32,000 nucleotides of DNA from Candidatus Bathyarchaeota archaeon (GTDB lineage Archaea; Thermoproteota; Bathyarchaeia; JAPDIZ01), in assembly GCA_029259355.1 (NCBI GenBank), contig JAPDIZ010000007.1, forward strand, positions 46,565 through 78,564. Direction: 5' to 3'. Each line of letters opens with the position of its first letter. Within the stretch, counting starts at the first letter, position 1. Below are positions 1-5,602 of the stretch, one piece after another. The translations under genes and the position numbers were made by a program. The notes beneath the pieces are model-generated. The model had not been told where the DNA came from, made no database searches, and saw only the letters and a list, made by a program, of their open reading frames with translations.

Positions 1-1
1 C

Positions 2-466
2 GGAGGCGAGGATGCTAGGAAAATAGTGGAGGCACTGCGAGAAATGGGCTCTGCGACAGATGACCAGCTCTCGCTTAAAACAGGCGTTAGGCTAAACTTA
101 GTTAGGAAAATACTATACAGGCTCTACAGTCACTCGCTGGTCACTTACGACCGAAGCAGAGACGGCAAAACGGGGTGGTACATATTCCACTGGAGGCTTC
201 AGCCCGAGCAAGTAGAGGGGTTTATACAGACGCAGAAGCGGAGGTTTTTGGAGAAGCTTTGCACGCGGCTTGAGTTTGAGAAGAGCCACTCTTTCTACTA
301 CTGCCCCTTTTGCTCGGTTAGGATCACGTTTGAAGAAGCTATGGAGATAATGTTTCGGTGCCCGAAGTGTGGCCGCTCGCTTGGGTTTTTCGACAATCAA
401 CCCATAATCGAGTTTTTGGAGCGCAAGATCGAGGAGCTTAGGGAAGAGCTTGGCATGAGGCAGTAG
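2..466 (+). CDS. tfe: Transcription factor E alpha subunit (TFE-alpha), 5' end cut by window edge
   Basis: The frame is open from nt 2 (GGEDARKIVEALREMGSATDDQLS...), so the ORF-track start at 26 is internal. It has a winged-helix N-terminus (GVRLNLVRKILYRLYSHSLVTYDRSRDGKTGWYIFHWRL) and a Zn ribbon (CPFC...CPKC), as is typical of archaeal TFE. Confidence 0.85.
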   Translation, partial: GGEDARKIVEALREMGSATDDQLSLKTGVRLNLVRKILYRLYSHSLVTYDRSRDGKTGWYIFHWRLQPEQVEGFIQTQKRRFLEKLCTRLEFEKSHSFYYCPFCSVRITFEEAMEIMFRCPKCGRSLGFFDNQPIIEFLERKIEELREELGMRQ

Positions 467-489
467 CAATTTTTCGCAGGGCGGTTAGG

Positions 490-1263
490 TTGAGGCTAGT
501 TATAGGGGAGAAGCTCTACGGCCCTTACAAAGCACAGGGGCTGAAATCGCTGAAAGACATACTCGACGAGCTAAAGGGCAATCTCTTGGTTGAGTATAGG
601 ATCGCAGGGGTTACCCCTAGGAACTGGGTTATCCTTGAGATAACGGGGCAGGATTCTGAAGCATTTGCCAACTACATCTCCCAGCACTTGGGAGTGGTTG
701 CGCAAAGCTTCGACGAGCTGAGTGAAGGTGACGTGATCAGGGGAAGGGTAGTGGATTCTGGCAGAGTAGGCTATGGCCTATACGTTGATATAGGGCTGGA
801 CAAGCGCTGTGACGCGCTCATACCCCTATACTCGATGAGGAATGACTTAGCTAGGGGTGCTAAGCTATCCGCAAGGCAGTTAATTAAGTTGTTCTGCCTA
901 TACAACAACCTCCCAGTTGAGGTGGAGATAGTCTCTGTTGACTCTAGGCGTAACGAAATCGAAGCTAAGTTTTCCGAAAACCAGCTCAACATTTTCGAAA
1001 GGTGGATGAGGTCTAGCCTCGACAGAGTAATCGCCTTTGGCGCAACCCGTAGGCAGTTGATGGAGGCCTTAAGAAAAACCAAGCACTTAAGAGACGTGGT
1101 TGAGATTCAGAGACTTGGCTTATTGGAGCAGGTAGCTGCATGCAAGCTCGGAACCGATGGACCAGGTATTATCGCTGAAATAGGTAAGCACTTACCTGAA
1201 GTGCTTCTCCACAACTTCTCCCCAAAAAAGATTAAGCAAGCTCTGAGCACAACGCCTTCGTAG
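490..1263 (+). CDS. Conserved archaeal protein with S1/OB-like core (DUF2110-like from memory, unverified)
   Basis: 257-aa ORF with a TTG start, tightly following tfe. The motif GDVIRGRVVDSGRVGYGLYVDIG resembles an S1-type RNA-binding fold. Confidence 0.6.
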   Translation: MRLVIGEKLYGPYKAQGLKSLKDILDELKGNLLVEYRIAGVTPRNWVILEITGQDSEAFANYISQHLGVVAQSFDELSEGDVIRGRVVDSGRVGYGLYVDIGLDKRCDALIPLYSMRNDLARGAKLSARQLIKLFCLYNNLPVEVEIVSVDSRRNEIEAKFSENQLNIFERWMRSSLDRVIAFGATRRQLMEALRKTKHLRDVVEIQRLGLLEQVAACKLGTDGPGIIAEIGKHLPEVLLHNFSPKKIKQALSTTPS

Positions 1264-1272
1264 AGGGTAAAG

Positions 1273-1279
1273 CTAAATA
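1273..1279 (+). promoter_or_regulatory. TATA box for tRNA-Val
   Basis: CTAAATA is centred about 30 nt upstream of the tRNA 5' end at 1306. Confidence 0.45.
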
Positions 1280-1305
1280 GGCTTTGACTTCATCAAACAC
1301 ATCGC

Positions 1306-1379
1306 GGGCCGGTGGTCTAGTGGTAGGACGCCACCCTTACGAGGTGGAGGCGGGAGTTCGATTCTCCTCCGGCCCACCA
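1306..1379 (+). tRNA. tRNA-Val(UAC), CCA encoded, no intron
   Basis: Acceptor GGGCCGG/CCGGCCC, D stem GTCT/GGAC, anticodon stem CCACC/GGTGG with loop CTTACGA, T arm GGGAG-TTCGATT-CTCCT, discriminator A plus CCA. Confidence 0.9.
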
Positions 1380-1409
1380 GCTCCTCGCTTGGTGAGGCGG
1401 TATGAAACT

Positions 1410-1706
1410 ATGGTTACTCGCGAAGAAGTGCTTGAAGCTTTAAAGAGGGTAATCGACCCGGAGATAGGCGCTAATATAGTGGACTTAGGCTTTGTCTACG
1501 GCGTAGAGGTAAGCGACGACGACGTAACGGTGAGGATGACGCTAACCGCTCCCGGATGCCCTCTGCGCATGCTCTTCCTAAAGCAAGTAGAGGCTGTGGT
1601 CAAGGAGCTCGGCGCTCGAAACGTCAACATCGAGCTAGTCTTTGACCCGCCGTGGTCGCCTGAGATGATGTCTGAAGAGCTCAGAAAAAGATTCGGCTTC
1701 GAGTAG
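1410..1706 (+). CDS. DUF59/MIP18-family Fe-S cluster assembly protein (SufT/PaaD-like)
   Basis: Motifs DPEIGANIVDLGFVYGVEV and VRMTLTAPGCPL. The ORF-track start at 1284 overlaps tRNA-Val, so the ATG at 1410 is used; it is preceded by an SD-like GGTGAGG. Confidence 0.8.
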   Translation: MVTREEVLEALKRVIDPEIGANIVDLGFVYGVEVSDDDVTVRMTLTAPGCPLRMLFLKQVEAVVKELGARNVNIELVFDPPWSPEMMSEELRKRFGFE

Positions 1707-1723
1707 GCCTGTAGAAACAAAGG

Positions 1724-1731
1724 TTTATTTT
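1724..1731 (+). promoter_or_regulatory. TATA box for tRNA-Ser
   Basis: TTTATTTT is centred about 29 nt upstream of the tRNA 5' end at 1757. Confidence 0.45.
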
Positions 1732-1756
1732 CTTCACCATACCTTGAATTGAGAAT

Positions 1757-1878
1757 GCCGGGGTGCCCTAGACAAGATAAGCGGGGGATCCTGGTAGGGG
1801 GCAGATCGCCAAAGCCTAAGCCTGCTAAGCCTGTGGCGCCCCCGCGCCGCGCGGGTTCAAATCCCGCCCCCGGCGCCA
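1757..1878 (+). tRNA. tRNA-Ser(GCU), class II, CCA encoded, two putative non-canonical introns (approx. 1772-1789 in D loop, approx. 1805-1819 in anticodon stem)
   Basis: Acceptor GCCGGGG/CCCCGGC, T arm GCGGG-TTCAAAT-CCCGC, long variable arm GGCGC-CCCC-GCGCC, anticodon loop CTGCTAA (1822-1828). The anticodon stem CAG|GC / GCCTG closes only after removing 15 nt. The D loop becomes TAG|CCTGGTA only after removing 18 nt. Confidence 0.75.
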
Positions 1879-1883
1879 TCTGC

Positions 1884-1888
1884 TTTTT
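1884..1888 (+). terminator. T5 tract downstream of tRNA-Ser
   Basis: TTTTT lies 6 nt after the encoded CCA. Oligo-T is the usual archaeal termination signal. Confidence 0.45.
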
Positions 1889-1896
1889 AGCGACGC

Positions 1897-1902
1897 TTAT
1901 AT
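1897..1902 (+). promoter_or_regulatory. TATA box for SRP RNA
   Basis: TTATAT lies about 24-29 nt upstream of the first base of the terminal helix at 1926. Confidence 0.45.
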
Positions 1903-1925
1903 CCCTACTTTTGCATAGACTGATT

Positions 1926-2268
1926 GGGCGGCGGTGGGAGGACCGGGGGGCTCGGCCTCCCCTGTCACCGCAAACGGTCGATATGGCGGGGTCCGTTAAC
2001 CTCTAGGGGCGGCGTACGAATCGATTGTGGAGGCTTGGTCGCCGACGATGAGGTCTCGCCCCACTGGGTCGGCGGTGGAGGCGTGCCTCTTGGAGGAGAG
2101 GCGCGTCTCCTTTGCTGCCGAACCCCCTAGGCCCGGGAGAGCTCAAAAGCCCCGATGGAGCAAGGGTAAGGCAGACGCTTGGCGCTGGTGGGATTCCGGG
2201 ACTTAGGAGGCGGCCAAGAATCTCCCTTTCGAGGAGGCGCTCACTCTAGGGGGAAGCCACCGCCGCCC
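1926..2268 (+). ncRNA. Signal recognition particle RNA (7S RNA)
   Basis: The 5' GGGCGGCGGTGG pairs perfectly with the 3' CCACCGCCGCCC. An internal stretch, GCCGAACCCCCTAGGCCCGG...GGAGCAAGGGTAAGGCAGACG, matches the archaeal SRP helix 5/8 signature (GCCGAACCCC, AGGCCCGG, GGAGCAA, GGUAAGGCAG). The region is GC-rich, and its ORFs are arginine- and glycine-rich low-complexity artefacts. Confidence 0.8.
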
Positions 2269-2269
2269 T

Positions 2270-3211
2270 TCATTCCTCTATTGTGTTCAGGATTTCGCAG
2301 ACTTTGCAGATTTCTCCTGAACAAGGTTCTCCGCACAACGCACATGGCGTTAGCTGTTTCTGCGGCAAAGCGTCCTTAGCGATGTTTCTCAGCTTTTCGA
2401 AGGAGCGGTATATCGTGAACAGCGTACCCGGGTGCTTCAGCTCCAACCTATTGAGCATTCTCCTAACGTCTTGCCTCAGTGCGGTGGTAGCGTAGGGACA
2501 GTCTCTCTCCTGAAACTCTATGTTTGACAAGTATGCGTAGAGCGTGGTTTCCCTTTCAGGAACCAAGCAGAGGGGCTTTATTCTGGGAACAAGCCTCCTC
2601 TCAGGATCTACAACCACTGGCTTGTTTACGAGGTTTTGCAAAATGTTTCCATGTATTACGTTGATGAGGAGAGTTTGTACTTCGTCGTCTAGGGTATGCG
2701 CCACGGCTAGCTTGTTGGCATCTACCTCCCTAGCCATGAGGTTCAGCGCTCTTCGCCTAAGCACTCCGCAGAAGGAGCAGGGCCCAAGCTCCGACCGAGC
2801 CTTTTCCACAACCTCCCACAAGCCATATCCAAACATCTGCTTGTAGGAGCCTTTTACGAACTCCACTCCAAGCCTTCTGCAGTGCTTTTCGACGAGCGCT
2901 GGCGCTTCTTCTGAGTAGCCTGGTATCCCTTCATCAACCGTTACAACCACTATCTCCGAGTGGGGAAACCTCTGCTCTATTTTGTAGAGAATGTAGAGCA
3001 GCGAGAGGCTGTCCTTTCCACCGGATACCGCGACCGCTATTCTGTCGTTGGGTTCAAGCATCTTGTACTTGGAGATGGTCCTCCTAACTCTTTCTTCAAT
3101 AGTGGCGATGAAGCAGCGCTTACACAGGTATTCCCCCGAGTAGACTCTGTGGAAAACAGCTGGAAGAGCTTTGCACCTAGTGCAGGTAGGGGGTTTTTGC
3201 TCCTTCACCAT
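2270..3211 (-). CDS. PP-loop ATPase, tRNA 2-thiolation enzyme of the TtuA/NcsA (Ncs6/Ctu1) family
   Basis: SGGKDS PP-loop, N-terminal CxxC...CxxC and C-terminal CxxC...CxxC zinc fingers, and a central CSFCG plus a later Cys consistent with an Fe-S site. Confidence 0.8.
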   Translation of the reverse strand: MVKEQKPPTCTRCKALPAVFHRVYSGEYLCKRCFIATIEERVRRTISKYKMLEPNDRIAVAVSGGKDSLSLLYILYKIEQRFPHSEIVVVTVDEGIPGYSEEAPALVEKHCRRLGVEFVKGSYKQMFGYGLWEVVEKARSELGPCSFCGVLRRRALNLMAREVDANKLAVAHTLDDEVQTLLINVIHGNILQNLVNKPVVVDPERRLVPRIKPLCLVPERETTLYAYLSNIEFQERDCPYATTALRQDVRRMLNRLELKHPGTLFTIYRSFEKLRNIAKDALPQKQLTPCALCGEPCSGEICKVCEILNTIEE

Positions 3212-3292
3212 CGGTTCTCAGCGATGCTTTGGGCGTACTACGACAAAAGCTTTAGTTTTCTCAACAGCTATCTTGGCGTGGCGAGTTAGCAA

Positions 3293-4009
3293 ATGAGCTC
3301 TCCCAGACACAAACCCATTCTTCGTGACGAAGTAAGGGAAGTAGTGTATAGCGGTGATCGTTGGAGGCTTCTCGAGGAGAAGAGAGGGGTTGCCAAGAAG
3401 CTCATGGAGCTGCTATCGAGGAGGGGTCTCGACTGCATAGTACATGGAAGCGTAGCTAGGGGGGATGTAAGCTTCAGCAGCGACGTAGACGTCTTCATCA
3501 CTCGTCCTGTGTCGTCTTATGTGGTGGAGCTCGCATTGGAGAGCGGTGGTTGGAGCCTCATCAAGCGCGTCGTTGTGCAAGCAACTCCTAAGCATACTCC
3601 AAAGGCTTACCTCTTCCTAGACCCTGAGGAGAGGGTTTGCGTCTCTTTTCCACTCCTCAAGCTATCCATCGTGGAGAGGGAGTTCTACAGATTTGGGGGT
3701 GAGCTAACCTACGACGAGCTGCTCAGCAATCAGAGGGTCGTTGGCGTAGATAAGAGGTTGATGCTCATCGAACCCGCCTCCTTTGGACACAGGGAGATGA
3801 GTGTCTTAGGTCGCGAAGACTTCGTGGCAAGACTCTTGGGAGTCTCCGTGGACACCGTCAGAGACCGCGTCAACGCTCTGATGCGAAGGGAGAGAGCTGG
3901 TAGGACGGGGGTGTTCTTCAGCCATGCATTAGCGCCAAGTGAGAGTTTTGAAACTATCCTGAGGAGGCTGGCGGAGTCGAACCCCTTCTTGAAGAAGAGG
4001 ATGTTGTAG
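3293..4009 (+). CDS. Pol-beta superfamily nucleotidyltransferase domain protein
   Basis: HGSVARGDVSFSSDVDVFI matches the GS-x-n-(D/E)hD minimal NTase signature. The 150-aa C-terminal extension has no recognisable family. Confidence 0.7.
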   Translation: MSSPRHKPILRDEVREVVYSGDRWRLLEEKRGVAKKLMELLSRRGLDCIVHGSVARGDVSFSSDVDVFITRPVSSYVVELALESGGWSLIKRVVVQATPKHTPKAYLFLDPEERVCVSFPLLKLSIVEREFYRFGGELTYDELLSNQRVVGVDKRLMLIEPASFGHREMSVLGREDFVARLLGVSVDTVRDRVNALMRRERAGRTGVFFSHALAPSESFETILRRLAESNPFLKKRML

Positions 4010-4058
4010 ATTTGGGTTCTTAAATAGCGTGGCTCTTCCTACGTGATGGGTGGTCTAG

Positions 4059-4403
4059 GTGCTCGAGAAAGCTCCTTCAAAGAGCTTGCTGCTGCTCACC
4101 CAGATTTTGCTCATAGCAACCATGTTGCTCTCGTATGCAGCGGGCGTGTACGCGCAGGACGATGTCGACGAATTCTCAGCTAAGTACTCTGAGTTTGTAA
4201 ACAGGTTCGCCAATCTAATAGTCTTTCTAATAGACGAGGTAAGCGCAGCTTTGCTGAAGATAGCCAAAGCGATATACTCGCTCATGGCTTTAGCTGGTCT
4301 GCTGATGTGGGCCACAGGCTTCCACTACAGAACTGGGAGAAACCTCATCATAAGCTCAGTCATCCTCTCGATATTCGTCGAGTGCATCTACCCCGTCATA
4401 TAG
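4059..4403 (+). CDS. Small secreted protein with two hydrophobic helices (hypothetical)
   Basis: GTG start about 35 nt after a TTCTTAAATAG TATA-like element. Signal-peptide-like N-terminus (KSLLLLTQILLIATMLLSYAAGVYA|QDD), then two hydrophobic helices joined by GFHYRTGRN. Confidence 0.55.
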   Translation: MLEKAPSKSLLLLTQILLIATMLLSYAAGVYAQDDVDEFSAKYSEFVNRFANLIVFLIDEVSAALLKIAKAIYSLMALAGLLMWATGFHYRTGRNLIISSVILSIFVECIYPVI

Positions 4404-4457
4404 CCCGCAAAGGATAAAGGGCTCGAGCAGAGATGTCCGCACATCCAGCGATGAGCG

Positions 4458-5543
4458 GTGCAGGAAGTGAAGAAAACCATCTATGGCTCTCTTTACATCA
4501 AAAGCCTCCCTAGGGGATGCCTCCTCTGCCAACGAGGAGCAAAACTTGTTCTCTTCGTAACAGGGCTGTGCCCAGGAAACTGCTTCTACTGTCCCCTCTC
4601 CCCCCAGAAAAAAGGCAAGGACGTGGTTTTCGCAAACGAGTTGTTGGTGGAGAAACCTTCGCAGGTGCTTGAAGAAGCAAGGTTGATGGATGCTGAGGGC
4701 ACCGGCATTACTGGCGGAGACCCTCTCTTGCGCTTAAGCAGGACAACTGAGTATATCCGCTTGCTGAAGGAGGAATTTGGGAAAAAACACCACATCCACC
4801 TATACACTACTGCCTTGACCCTTGGTGAGGAAGAGGCTAAAGAGCTTGCTGATGCTGGTTTGGATGAGCTGAGAATCCATCCGCAAAACCCTGAGTTCGG
4901 TCAAAAGATCAGGGTAGCGTTGGATTACGGCTTGTTTGTTGGAATTGAGGTACCCGCGCTTCCGGGAGAGGAAGAAGGCTTGAGGAAGCTAGCAACTGCG
5001 GCTGAGCAAGCTGGTGCAGAGTTCATAAACGTCAACGAGCTTGAGTTCACAGAGTACAACGCAGCTGCTCTAAAGCTAAGAGGCTACACCTACGACAAAT
5101 CATCTCCTGGAAGAGCTTTGGGAAGCGAGGAAACCGCGCTTAAACTACTCGAGTGGGCGGAGAAAAACCTCAGCATCTCAGTACACTACTGCCCCTCCTT
5201 CATAAAGGACAGAGTTCAGCTGAGGAATAGGCTGAGGAGGAAGTCGAAGAAGATTAGGAAGCCCCATCAGATAGTTACGAGAGACGGACTCCTCAGATAC
5301 GCAAAAGTCTACACCAACTTTGCTGGAGTGAACCCTTCACAAGTAGCCGCTTCTTTGGTTCAGCGCTACCGCATAGGTTGGGACGAGGTTTTCGTAAACG
5401 AAGAAGGCGACCTAGAGCTCAACCCAAAGCTGGTCAAGAGAGTAAAGAAGTACTTGGGGGAGCTGGGGTTGAGGGTGGAGGTCATCGAGCAATATCCCCC
5501 TCCTTCATCGCTGATAGTATCCACCAAAGCCATACTGGCCTAA
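4458..5543 (+). CDS. Radical SAM protein (resembles the archaeal PflA-related COG2108 group, from memory)
   Basis: CPGNCFYC is the CxxxCxxC radical SAM cluster motif, in the context LFVTGLC. 361 aa, GTG start. Confidence 0.8.
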   Translation: MQEVKKTIYGSLYIKSLPRGCLLCQRGAKLVLFVTGLCPGNCFYCPLSPQKKGKDVVFANELLVEKPSQVLEEARLMDAEGTGITGGDPLLRLSRTTEYIRLLKEEFGKKHHIHLYTTALTLGEEEAKELADAGLDELRIHPQNPEFGQKIRVALDYGLFVGIEVPALPGEEEGLRKLATAAEQAGAEFINVNELEFTEYNAAALKLRGYTYDKSSPGRALGSEETALKLLEWAEKNLSISVHYCPSFIKDRVQLRNRLRRKSKKIRKPHQIVTRDGLLRYAKVYTNFAGVNPSQVAASLVQRYRIGWDEVFVNEEGDLELNPKLVKRVKKYLGELGLRVEVIEQYPPPSSLIVSTKAILA

Positions 5544-5602
5544 CGTCGAGCGGTAGTAACATTAAAACCAAGCCCAAGTCATGCTAAAATTGTGGATGCG
5601 CC

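Noticed and set aside
1284-1409. N-terminal extension of the DUF59 ORF (ORF-track start at 1284).
   Set aside because: This stretch is the tRNA-Val gene read as protein. The conserved DUF59 sequence begins at the ATG at 1410, which has an SD-like element.
1812-1832. Triple AAGCCT direct repeat.
   Set aside because: It lies inside the tRNA-Ser gene at the proposed intron/exon junction. I interpret it as exon mimicry needed for the splicing motif, not as a repeat element or CRISPR-like feature.
1749-2379. ORFs 1749..2006, 1924..2130 and 2179..2379 (Gly/Arg/Pro-rich).
   Set aside because: They lie entirely within tRNA-Ser and the SRP RNA gene. Their low-complexity composition is typical of GC-rich structural RNA read in frame.
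4431-4444. Small inverted repeat GATGT-CCGC-ACATC upstream of the radical SAM gene.
   Set aside because: It is only 5 bp with no T tract, and it lies between the TATA-like element and the start codon. The evidence is too weak to call an operator or terminator.
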